Shown: positions 1 through 10,821 of the stretch, one piece after another | How the letters are laid out: the number at the start of each line of letters is the position of its first letter | Position numbering within the stretch: position 1 is the stretch's first letter | Source: Emiliania huxleyi CCMP1516 | Lineage: Eukaryota | Assembly: GCF_000372725.1 (NCBI RefSeq) | Contig: NW_005201338.1 | Span: 352,116 to 390,311, forward strand | Reading direction: 5' to 3' | DNA length: 38,196 bases | The notes under the pieces: model-generated | What the model was told of the DNA's origin: nothing | The model's database searches: none | Seen by the model: only the letters and a program-made list of their open reading frames with translations | Translations under genes and position numbers: made by a program

Positions 1-581
1 CCCACCCACCATACGCCGGCCACCGGCCGGACCCCAACTCGGTGCGCGTACCTGCAGGCGGAAACCTTCTCTCCGCCTGGCTTTGCGGTGAGCAGCAACC
101 CCTTCCTCTCTCCCGGCTCCGTCTCCTACCTCTGAGAGAGCGGCGGGCCGCGCATTCGGTGGCTCCGGCTACCATCCTACTAGCATGTGGCGCAGCCTCC
201 TGGCATAGGGAGTCGGGGCGAGCAGCCCCTTCCCGACTGGCCGCACGGCCTACCTTGGTCGAGGCGCTCGCCCCGGGAGAGCCTTGAGAGGAGCCCGGTA
301 CGGCTCACTCGCTGGCGCAGCAGCGGCACACGGCTTCTGATCGAGCAACGTGCGACGTGGGCTGCGGCCGGCCTCGCGAGGCAGCGATGTGTACACCATC
401 GTCGCGCCGGGCAGTTCATGCGCACAGACACACAAATATCACAATCGTCGCGTCCTCCTCTTGTTTGTACGTTGTGAGACCGGTTGTGTACGTTCTACGG
501 GATATCTGCCGTTGCCTGGCTGGTCCATCCACTGGACTTCGCGGGGTACCCAGGCGCGAGCGGTACCCTTTCTTTGCGCCT

Positions 582-727
582 TTGGAGCACTTGGAGCGTG
601 TGCAGTGTTATATAGCAGCCGCACATCCACACACCTTCATCCAGGGCCGGGGAGCTAAGACTTAGGCTAAGAAGCGCACCAGCGGGCCAGATGATTGGGA
701 TCGGGTTACGGGCTAGATAGCCCTAGC
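582..727 (+). repeat. Dispersed repeat family A, copy 1
   Basis: TTGGAGCACTTGGAG...CATCCAGGGCCGGGGAGCT...AGAAGCGCACC(C)AGCGGGCC.GATGAT.GGGATCGGG.TACGGGCTAGA aligns by eye with 8513-8630. Confidence 0.85.
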
Positions 728-759
728 CTTGGAGCAGCAATCAGCGCCTTTTTTCTTTC

Positions 760-880
760 CAGTACGCGCCAGTCCCGTGCCCAGTCGTGCGAGGGAGTTT
801 TCTTGTAAACTCCTGTGTTAGTGCCAGTGCGCGCCAGTCCCGTGCCCAGTCGTGCGAGGGAGCTTTCTTGTAAACTTCTT
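760..880 (+). repeat. Tandem duplication with ~65-bp period; related copy at 4777-4828
   Basis: CGCGCCAGTCCCGTGCCCAGTCGTGCGAGGG...TTTCTTGTAAACT occurs twice (units start at 760 and 825). Confidence 0.85.
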
Positions 881-1501
881 TTTAGGATGTGCCGGCGCGG
901 TGTGTGTGCCAGTCCGCGCCGGCAGTCCGCGCCCTTGTGTCGTGCCACAGCGTGCTGTGTGAGAGGTTTGAGGTAGGTAGGTAGAAAGGTGAAGAACAGT
1001 CAGGCTCGGACTGGGCACCAACGCGGTATGCGTGGACGCTGGACAGATGATGACGACACGCACGAGCGACACACAGACACAAACAGGCTCACAAGACACA
1101 CAGCCAGCTGGCTGCCACACACCCTGAGTTGGCGTACACATAACTCAAGGCCACATCCTCCCTGTCGCCCCCCCCAGCACTCCAAGGTGCCAAAGGACAC
1201 AAACAAGGGCACAACAACACAACAGACGACAGGAAGTAACATGCGAGGCTAGAGCAGGCTTGCTCCACCTCTAGCAATCTCGCCGGCCGGCGAACTGGTT
1301 GGGTAGTAGTCTAAGTTCTGAGCCTCGACGCCTAGCGGGTCTAAGTGTGCCTAGGCACGCTGGGGTGCTTGCGCGGTCTAAGGTCAGCGGGAGCCTCTTA
1401 CATCGGCTAAGTCGGCCGTGGCACGGCCTGGGGCCAAGAGGCTCCCACCGTTATCGATACGGCGCTCCGCCCAAATTTTCTTCGCCTGCGGCGGGCGCCT
1501 A

Positions 1502-2879
1502 CTAAAATCCGGATCGATCCTCCTCATGCCTCAGCAATCGCCGCCTCAGCATCCATATCCATGCCAAGCACCGCCACGATCTTGAAGCAGAACACATCGC
1601 AACCGCATCGTCCGCACTGCCATCGGCATGCCGCGCCCGCCGCTTCGCCGCAGCCGCCTTAAGGCACGCATAGCGGCAGCACATGGTGGGGGGGGTACTT
1701 GAGCAGGCGTTGCGCGCCGCAAGTAGCGCACTGGCCCTGGGAGAAGGCGATATGGCGTCGTGCGCGGGCGGCATACGTTGGTCGGACGCGTCCAGGTATA
1801 TTTCGGGTAAACCTGTTGACGTATCGGCGGCTAAGGCCGAGGCACGCCACTCATCGCCCCAGCGGTCCTGTATATCGCTGGACGGATGCGGAGTAAGCTC
1901 TCGAGGGCGCGAAGGGGGGGAAAGGAGGTGGAACGGGGCCGGTTGGGATGGTGCAGCGGCGGCTGCCGCGGCAGCGTGGGAGAGGCCCGCGTGGGAGAGG
2001 CCCTTACGGGTCGTATATCCCGCTTCAACGGCGAAAGAGGCCTCTTCCGCCGCCTCCCGGGCCGTCTCGAAGGGCCGACCAGCCCACGCCACGAGGCGCT
2101 GCTGGCGGGAGCCAAGAAGGACTCGTAAAGGCCTCAGAGTGCCATCTGAAGCGGGCGGCACTGGTGGGGCTAGAGGGGCTGACTGAGCGCCGGTGGGGCG
2201 GCTGAAGCTTGCCTGGCACGGGTTCTCGCGGCGCGTCCGTGTACCACGCGTCCAGGGCGCTGTTCCCACACCGCTCTGAGCGACAAGGGTGTGCGTGGCG
2301 CGGTCGAGGAGCGTGAGATGATCTATAGCGAGCCTCTCGCACGTCCGGTGAGCGGCAGAACCGGCCATCCCGCACGACGAGGGCGACGCGTGAAGGTGCG
2401 CACGCCATAAGGCAGCTGCGGGCCAGCACGTTGCATGGGATGATAGCGGCTGAGGGGGCCTGAGCATCGACGCGCCGCCGACAATGCACCTGAGGCCGCA
2501 AACGGCCAGGAGCGCGTCAGTTTCGGAAAAGTGGAACCACGCGATGACGAGCGGGGATGGAGTGGCAGGTTTCTGGGAACAGTAGTGGGATGAGGCAGAC
2601 TCCCAGGATCCCGACGCACGGAGTACGTGTTGCGCGCGCAGCAGTGGTATCTGCAGCAGAGCCCTCTCGCGCCGCGACGGCTCTGCGCAGAGGGGTCCGT
2701 GGCTGGGCAACGGGCGCACCTGCGGTCCTGTAGCTGATGGACCTCGGCCAGCAGGCTCGCGGGGGGCAGATGTTGCTCTGGTTGCAGTCCCACAGGTCCG
2801 TTTGGCCGCGGCAGGCGGCCCGGGAGTGGCGCGCGCAAAGGCCGAACTGCCCTGTCTTGCGACTTGAGCCAGCGATCAA
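1502..2879 (-). CDS. Possible multi-exon hypothetical protein; structure unresolved
   Basis: Protein-like segments in the minus-strand ORFs (CERLAIDHLTLLDRATH; DIQDRWGDEWRASALAADTSTGLPEIYLDASDQR) are separated by intron-like C-rich stretches. No recognisable domain. Confidence 0.3.
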
Positions 2880-2951
2880 AAGCAGCTGGCCAAAGGTGTC
2901 ACAACGGGCAGTTCAGAATTCTATGTGGCGCATTTAATAAAATCGAACACA

Positions 2952-3772
2952 CCCGGGAGGGACGTCGCCCGTGAGGGATCTCGCCCGTGAGGGACGTCGC
3001 CCGTGAGGGACGTCGCCCGTGAGGGACGTCGCCCTCGAGGTATCGCGCCCGTGAGGGACGTCACCCGTGAGGGATCTTGCCCGTGAGGGATCTCGCCCGT
3101 GAGGGACGTCGCCCGTGAGGGACGTCGCCCGTGAGGGACGTCGCCCGTGAGGGATCTTGCCCGTGAGGGATCTTGCCCGTGAGGGACGTCGCCCGTGAGG
3201 GACGTCGCCCGTGAGGGACGTCGCCCGTGAGGGATCTCGCCCGTGAGGGACGTCGCCCGTGAGGGACGTCGCCCGTGAGGGATCTTGCCCGTGAGGGATC
3301 TTGCCCGTGAGGGACGTCGCCCGTGAGGGATCTTGCCCGTGAGGGATCTTGCCCGTGAGGGATGTCGCTCATTAGGGATAGGGACGTCGCCCTTGAGGGA
3401 CGTCGCCCGTGAGGGACGTCGCCCGTGAGGGACGTCGCCCGTGAGGGATCTCGCCCGTGAGGGACGTCGCCCGTGAGGGACGTCGCCCGTGAGGGACGTC
3501 GCCCGTGAGGGACGTCGCCCGTGAGGGATCTTGCCCGTGAGGGATCTCGCCCGTGAGGGATCTCGCCCGGGATCTCGCCCGTGAGGGACGTCGCCCGTTG
3601 AGGGCTCTTGCCCGTGAGGGCTCTTGCCCGTGAGGGATCTCGCCCGTGAGGGACGTCGCCCGTGAGGGACGTCGCCCGTGAGGGATCTCGCCCGTGAGGG
3701 ACGTCGCCCGTGAGGGACGTCGCCCGTGAGGGATCTCGCCCGTGAGGGATCTTGCCCGTGAGGGACGTCGCC
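2952..3772 (+). repeat. 16-bp minisatellite (GTGAGGGACGTCGCCC and variants), about 50 copies
   Basis: Directly visible tandem array with variants GACGTCGCCC, GATCTCGCCC and GATCTTGCCC. The 16-aa periodicity of the overlapping ORFs equals 3 units. Confidence 0.98.
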
Positions 3773-4713
3773 GAGCCGATCAACCTGCGCAACTCGACCC
3801 TGTTCGTTGGACGGTGCACGCGCCACCTGCTCGTCTTCTACAAAGTCCTCATCGCGCTGCGCTACCCGGCGGTCATGCACGGCCAGCCTGACACCGTGCG
3901 TGAGCTGCAATCGTGCCTGGCCGAGATCGAGGGGCCCCTCGCGGCCGTGCGCCAGCAGCTCCTCGCGCTGCTGAACGCGCAGAACGCCTCTGGCGTCGCC
4001 AGCGAGACGTACGAGATGCAGTTCGCTCTCAATGAGCTTCTCGATTACTACCTCGAGATCAACCCGGGCATTACCCTTGCTCGCGCCAATCGCGAGGCGT
4101 TCGCCAAAAGTGGCTCGAGAAGTTTTACCAGCCGGGCGAGGCGGAGCAGGGGATCATCCGCCTCACCACACCGCACGCTGGCAAGGGCCTCGAGGCCGAT
4201 GACGTGTACCTCATCAACCCGTCGATGTTCCCCATGGCGGACAAAATCGAGCAGGGGGGCGAGGAGGCGTTTGAGGAACTGAGCGTCGAGTACGTGGCCA
4301 AGACGCGCGCCAAGGACCGCATGGTGTTCCTCCCGGACCTCGAGGTGACCTCAAAGAAGGAGGTGCTGGGGCTCTTTGTCAAGCCGACGGTGTCCTCTCT
4401 TGGCGCTGCGCCCGTCGGTACCGACACCCCGTCCTCGAGCCAGAGCACTGAGGCGACCGACGTGGAGGGCGAGCGCAACACCGCGAGGGACGAGGCGCTT
4501 GCCACGCTCGAGCTCACACTGATGCCGGCAACAGTCGAGGAGTTGGACGCGCACGTGGTGACCCTGCTCCGCCAGGCCATGAAGGTGCGCTCGGCAACGC
4601 GGCGTGAGACCGCAAGCCCGGCGGCTCGAGAGGAGTCGGAGCGCCGCAAGCAGGCCATCACCGGCGCACGCAACGTTCTCCGCGAGGGGTTGCGCAACGC
4701 GCCGCTCCTTTAG
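3766..4713 (+). pseudogene. 5'-truncated, frameshifted SF1 (UvrD/Rep-like) helicase, C-terminal part
   Basis: After a frame change at the A-run 4106-4109, the frame from 4111 reads WLEKFYQPGEAEQGIIRLTTPHAGKGLEADDVYLINP...EELSVEYVAKTRAKDRMVFL. These match SF1 motifs V (TxHxxKGLE) and VI (YVAxTRA). Intronless, GC-rich third positions. Confidence 0.8.
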
Positions 4714-5590
4714 ACATGCCTTCCCTGTAACGCCCTCCGCTCGCTCCCTCACCCTTTGTGTCCTTTCTTTGTTCATTAGTGCCAGTCAGTGCGCCTTAGT
4801 CCTGTCCCAGTGTCGTGCGAGGGAGTTCTGCTGTGATCCTTTGTTCAGTACGCGAGCCGACGCATGAGTTGTGTGTTCACTAGCGATTTTGTGCTTTTGC
4901 CGTTTGTTTGGCGGAGCGAGTTCTTTTAGATTGGTGTTCCGAGGGGGGGGCGGCTCGCTGTCGCTCGCTCATTCCAAAAGCAACAGTAGCCGGTGTTCAC
5001 AGAGCTCTGTGAACACCGGCGAGAGATTTTTCTCTCGACGTTTCTTCTGCGAAGAAACGTTCAAAACACTCGGTGTCGAAACACCTCTCCGACGCGCTCG
5101 ACTATAGTCTGGTCTCTGGACTTTTGCAGGTTTATTTATTTACGAAGCCTCGCAATGTCGCGCCAACGGCTCGTGTAGAGTACGTCCCGCCAGTGTCCCC
5201 ACTCCGCAGTCAATCCTCATTGAGTCATGTGCGTGTTTTATTGCGTGTCGTGATGAGCTGCGCCAGGTGGACCCACAGAGAAAGACACGGGTCTGCTCAA
5301 TGTAAACAGTAAAGCCGCTCGCAACCAGTGCATCCATGCATATTATTATTTTACGTGTTGTGATTGTTTGTCGGTTCCACAGAATCGCCGATGAACGCGC
5401 CAACGCGCGTGCGTACTACTTTTTGCGGGTGGAGAACTCAACTGAGAACTGTCGGTGTCGCGACAATTAATATTAAATTGCCTTTCGGCTGAATAAAAAC
5501 AATTAAACACAGTTTCTCTTTCTCCCGCTCGGCCGGGCCGCTTGCGCCGCCGTCCATGCCGCCGACAAATGCCTGAGGCTTTCCGTCGAC

Positions 5591-6894
5591 CTACACCAAC
5601 GTCGCTTGCGCCGCACAGCCCTTGGCTGTCTCGAAGATGCCAACAAAGGCGGGGCTATCGCCGAGAGGGAGGTCCTCGGCGGCCTTGTGCAAGGCGCCTG
5701 AGGCGAGATCAAAGTTCAAGAGCGTCAGGCTGTTGTCCTTCTGGTTGCCAACAATCAAGAGGCCAGCCTGAGACCCAGTCTTTGTTAGGGTCATGCTCCG
5801 GGGGTAATGACCCACTGCCGTGTAGTCCTTGAAGGTGAGGCTCTCGGCGCCGACCTGGAAGACGGCGATGCCGTCGCGCTTCTGCGTGCTGGCGTCCCGC
5901 ACGGACACGAGCACGAAGCTGCCGCCCGGCGAGAACAGCACCTCGGCAGGGTAGAGATCTGGCGGACTGTAGGGCCCGGAGGCTTCGTAAGTGGCGATGG
6001 TGCTGAGCCCTTGGGCGGCGTCCACGCCGAGCAGCTCGATCGTTGGCTGGGTGGTCCCGTTTCCCTCGTTGGCGAGGACGGCGAGGGGCAACGTCGGGTG
6101 GAAGGCCAAGTGGCGCGGGCCCTGGTCCTGAGGCACCGACAGCGGCTCGTGGGCCTTGGACAGCTTGCCGCCCTCAAAGGTCAGCTGCTGCACCTGGTCC
6201 AGGCCGAGCGTCGGCACGTAGACGCCGCCGCCCGAGAGGTAGGTGGAGTGGGCGTGCGCGGAGGCGCCGAAGTCCACGGTCTGCGTGGCCTCGCCCAGGC
6301 TGACCGCGCTGTCGCCGCCCTGGGTGACCGGGAGGACCGCCACGGTGCCGCCGCCGTAGTTGGCCACGAAGGCGTGCTCGCCCAGGGGGTCCGTTGCGAG
6401 GTGCACGGGACCGGCGCCTTGGCTGCTGACGCGGCTCGTCTCCGTGACCTTGCCGTCGCAGCCGAGGCTGAGCGAGGCCACCGTGTTCCCCGTCTCACTC
6501 ACCGTCAGCAAGCTTGTGAGGGTGCCCTCGCCGCGAGGCCCAGCCGCTGCGATCCAAGAAGGATTGCCTCCGGCGTTCGAGTCGCCAATCGAGGTGAGCG
6601 AGCCGTCATCCGAGAGCGCGTAGGACTTGATGGACGAACCCCGGTCCTTGTAAAGACCAACGAGCAGCACTCTGTCTAGCAGGGGAGCGGGTCCCGGCGA
6701 TGGAGCTGTTGGCGCGAACAGGGTGTCGCGCTCGTTCGGGGTGGTCTGGATTTTGTCGCCGGCCTGCGCAGTGGGAGACTCGCAAAATGAGAGAAGGCCG
6801 CAGTAGGCGCGTGCGTGAGGGCGCACACCGTCCCGGCCACAAGGGCCGCCAAAGCAAACCAGCGAATGTAAAGCGTCATCGAGAACCTGAACAT
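5591..6894 (-). CDS. Secreted 6-phosphogluconolactonase-like (Pgl/YbhE, 7-bladed propeller) lactonase; exons 6894-6829 and 6763-5591
   Basis: Family motifs GNPSWI, GPVHLA, AFVANYGGGTVAVLP, AHAH, GPRHLAFHP, YPRSM, VGNQKDN. A 65-nt phase-0 GT-AG intron (6828-6764) joins a signal-peptide-like exon (MFRFSMTLYIRWFALAALVAGT). Confidence 0.9.
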
Positions 6895-7589
6895 GGGAAA
6901 GGGAGGGAATGAACAAGAGCGAGGCGGCAGGGATCAGTGACGCACTGCCGTCTCTCGCGCGTCCACGGCGCTAGGAATGGCCGGGCGGCGGTGCGAGACG
7001 GCTGTGAGGCGGCGGCACAAGGCGGCGGTCGGTGAATGGTTGCTTGATGGACATAGGTGTGCAGATTGGGTGTTTCCACAAAATTTACCGTCCGTGAAGA
7101 GAGCTTGATTCATTAGGCTGCCCGCATGTTCAATCGTTGCCCGCAGCGGAGCTCCCCACCGGGGGCTTGAAGACACTGAGCCGAGCGCGCTGGCGGCGGA
7201 CCGCCGCCGGCGCGCTCGCTTCGGCGGATGGCTGAGCGGCACAGTTCCTGGCCGCCCGGCCTGCGAGCTGTCGCCGCGAGACGATCGAAGGCGCTCAAGC
7301 GCGCCGCCATGCCAGATCTCGCCCCACGCCCCGACCAGACCAGGCAGTGCGTGCAGGAATGATGCAGGCATGATGGGTGGGTGGTGGTATTCACAGCCTT
7401 GTTATTGAGAAGAAAATACCTCCTATTCACATGCACTAAATTTAGCCCAAGCGCCCTTCCAAGTCTACAGGTCGGGGCTTCGGTTTCGCAACAGCTTCGT
7501 TTTCAGCCGTCGTGCAATTCGTGCCCGAGCCGTCCACAAGGCCGCCGGCACATTTGCCAATGTGCCCGGAGCGCAGGGAGTCGATGGGT

Positions 7590-7639
7590 GCCGCAGTGCG
7601 AGCGAGCACTGCAGCTGCAGTGCTCGCTCGCACTGCGGC
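7590..7639. repeat. Perfect 50-bp palindrome with no spacer
   Basis: GCCGCAGTGCGAGCGAGCACTGCAG|CTGCAGTGCTCGCTCGCACTGCGGC is its own reverse complement. Confidence 0.97.
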
Positions 7640-8512
7640 GCTGCGCCACGGCGGCGAAGCATGTCTGGACTTCAAGGACAGCGCTTCTCCGCTGCTCGAG
7701 GCTTGCGGCACGGTCCAGGCCGACCACACAGAGCACCCGAGGCAGCTGGCGTGGCCTCACTCATGACCTGTGCTACCCGTCGGCGGGGCCAGCTGCGGTT
7801 TCACAACACGCCTCATTTTTGGCACCCTCCTGCTAGCCGCGCATGAGTAGGGAGACCGTGTGTGGTGTCTTCGCGGCCTAGAGCACCCTCTTGGCAGTCT
7901 ATATTCCGGATTTTAGCCCTCCTGTCGCATCTGGTGAGCCGTACCATAGCGAGGACCAAACGTGTTGTGAAACCAAAGCAGGGACCTGTACCGGAAGAGA
8001 CTGGGGTAGTGCCGTCGAGCGGCGCGCCGCGCAAGCCCGCTGCCGGCGGCCCGATCGGAGAGCTGGTAGTCGTGGTACCACTAAGCTCGCCATCGTGCCC
8101 GAGACAGGCCGCTCTGGCCCTGTAGACCTTCCCAGAGAGCTTGGCGAGGCTGTCCAGAATGCCGAGAGCATTCAGGCTGCCGTCGAGCGACGAGCCATGC
8201 TGGCTCGTCGCGGGCTGCGAGCTCGAAGACCCGCGCAGAGCTTCGCCGAGCCTGGCGTGCCCGCCCGCTCGCCCGCGGCCGCAGGCGTGGAAGCCAAGCA
8301 TCATGGCGTCTCTGGCAAGCGCTCACACGCCAAAAGACACCTCGCAGCGCGCGAGACGTGACCAAAGCGGCACGTCTCGGCGCCGCGAGAGCAAGCAGCC
8401 GGTCGACGTCGGCACCAAGCGCGCGGCCGCCGGGCGCCTCCGAACCGGCAGGGGCGCCGCGGCAGTAGAGAGCACTCCACCGCATACCGTTTTTATGGCC
8501 CATCTACAATTC

Positions 8513-8630
8513 TTGGAGCACTTGGAGTGCAGTCATCAACCTCACATCCAGGGCCGGGGAGCTGAGAAGCGCACCCAGCGGGCCGGATGATCGGGATCGG
8601 GCTACGGGCTAGAGAGCCCTGACCCCTAGC
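8513..8630 (+). repeat. Dispersed repeat family A, copy 2
   Basis: Aligns with 582-727. A partial inverted relative lies at 13390-13416. Confidence 0.85.
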
Positions 8631-8906
8631 TAGGGGGGGTGCGCGTTCGCAGGGAAAGGGCCGTAAAGTAAACACGGGTCTCCGAGGGTTAGTTCCGTGT
8701 ACCGGGTTTCCCCTTAACTTCAGAACGCCCCCTCTACTCGGAGCTAGAAGACACGACACTGTACACCACGTACGTACACAGGTCCTCACTCAGCATCCCG
8801 TCCCAGGGTTCCACCGCCCGCCTTCCCCGCGGGGCACTTGGAAAAAGCTATTCTTTTTTACGGCCAGCGGGTGACAAAAAATTCTCGTCCCTCGTGTCGT
8901 CGTAGA

Positions 8907-9685
8907 ATGAAGGCCGACGCCATGAGCAGGCGCTGCTTGGCAGCCAACGCCCTCGCCTTGCTAGCTGTGCCCAACAGAGACGCGTTCGCCGCCGGACTGC
9001 GGCCAGCACTGGGGCCTGGCCGATTCAGGGCGACGCGTTTTGAGGGCGAGTACTCCGACCTCCTTCACCCTCTCTGTGATCGAAAAATCGCCGTGGACAC
9101 CAGCGCCCTCAAGCAGAGCGGCGGTGGCGACTATTTCCTCGCCACCTTCTCCGGCAACGACATCGGCCCACCGGGTGAGGCCCGCCCCCCCCCCCGTCCC
9201 GGGGCTACTGTGATAAGCACATGAAGGGGTGCGCCGCGCCCTGCATGAGCCTCAAGCCCTCATCCCGTGATATGTTGTTGTTTGCGAGCACACGCGCCAC
9301 CCCTCTTGGACGCCTGTGGGAGCGGGTGGCGCTGCCTCTCGCTGTCCTCTCCGTGGCTCGCTGCGAGATATGTTCTCAATATAGGTGTCGGCAATGTCGT
9401 CAGGGCCTCCTGCGACGCGGAGAGCGTCTCCCGGTACGGGCTGCGCGATTGGAGCTTCGAGGCGCGCATCTCGCGTGACGGCGAGCAGGCGCGCAAACGA
9501 GCAAAGTACGAAGGCAGCACTCGAGATTTATATCATAGAGTCAACGCTGCGTGCCGCAGGTGGATGCCGGCGACGGCGTGCATGTGGGCAGGTGGCACCC
9601 GAGGGCTGCTGACGGCGAGGCTTGGGAAGGCATCAGATGGAAAGACGGCAACCGCTGGCTCCTGGAGCAGCAAGCGGCAGAATGA
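8907..9685 (+). CDS. Small algal-type hypothetical protein; exons 8907-9174, 9385-9488, 9560-9685
   Basis: Spliced reading ...GEYSDLLHPLCDRKI...GNDIGPPG|VGNVVRASCD...WSFEARISRDGEQ|VDAGDGVHVGRW...EGIRWKDGNRW... Intron phases are consistent (GT-AG 9175-9384; GC-AG 9489-9559). Confidence 0.75.
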
Positions 9686-10821
9686 CGCCATAGGGCGAGG
9701 TCTCCTGGAATGCGTGCAGGCCGTTGTAGCGAGCTACTCTCGAGCGGCATTACTTTCCGCTGATCACATATGTGGGGGCACGTACCACAAACAAGTCGTG
9801 CATGCCCGCACAGCGGTGGTTTTGTACAAGAGGGCATGCCGATGCGTGTGTAGAGACTAGAGTCCGTGTGGGTCTGGCACTCAGTGACAGTGTGTGGGCC
9901 CCGGTCGCGCCACCCCGCCCACGCCCCGCCCCGCGGCCCGCGCCTGCGTCCCATCGATCGACACGGCACACGCGACACACGCAATACATGTACGTTTTCG
10001 ATTTCGTCGTGTTTAAATTGTTGGGCAACATTTATGTTGGGAATGTTTTGCACGCCTCGCGGCCCGAGAGGGGCTAGAGGGGCTACGGGGTGTGGAGGGG
10101 GTGAGTTGACCAGGGGTTGTGCGCTGGGCCCTCCTGCTCGGCTCCAGCGAGTAGACAAGTGTGTTACCATCTCAACAGAGGAGAAGGATCTGACCTCTCG
10201 GGGCCGATGTGACCAAGCGCTGGTAGCGTGGTTTTACCTCACACCCATGGTCTCACAGTGTGCCGGCAGTCCCAGTCGCCGAGCACGCGGTCGGTCGCTC
10301 ACACAAGCCGCAGCACAAGTGACTGGGGGGCAGTGAGGGCGAGCCCATCGCTGTCACAGCTGTGGCAGCCGCACAGTAGGCTGTGCCATCTGTGCAGAGC
10401 GTGTGAGCAGCAGAGTGAGCTGCACTCCAGGCTTCAGGCGCAAAGAGATGCATGCCGCCGAAAGGCGCTGTCGAGGTTCGCCGAGCGCGGCGCAGGTTGA
10501 GGGACACCGTCACCGACGAGTGCGTTAAGAGTATTCACGACTCCGGACAAAGACGGCCGCACGCACCCCCCCCTCACCCGACACGAGCTGCGGTCGTGCG
10601 GCCGTCTTAGCGGCGAGGCGCGGGAGCACACCTCTACACCCCTGTCACGGGAACCTCTACACCCCTGTGCGCTATATATGCCCCGAATAAAACACACAAA
10701 ACGGCTTCTAGGTGCGCTCGTGCGCTCTCTCCTCCTGGGCTAAACCAGTGTGGAGTTCCAGTGCACAGAGGCGCGGTGCCCTTGCGTCGTCCAGCTCCTC
10801 CTCCGCCGCGCCGGCCGCGCC

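Noticed and set aside
2952..3772. CRISPR array
   Set aside because: Units are head-to-tail with no unique spacers, there are no cas genes, and the context is eukaryotic.
2921..3910. Repeat-protein ORFs (329 aa and 252 aa, minus strand)
   Set aside because: They are translations of the 16-bp minisatellite, which lacks stops on that strand.
7512..8590. Overlapping ORFs on both strands as a gene
   Set aside because: No recognisable domain or consistent splice model; strand cannot be decided.
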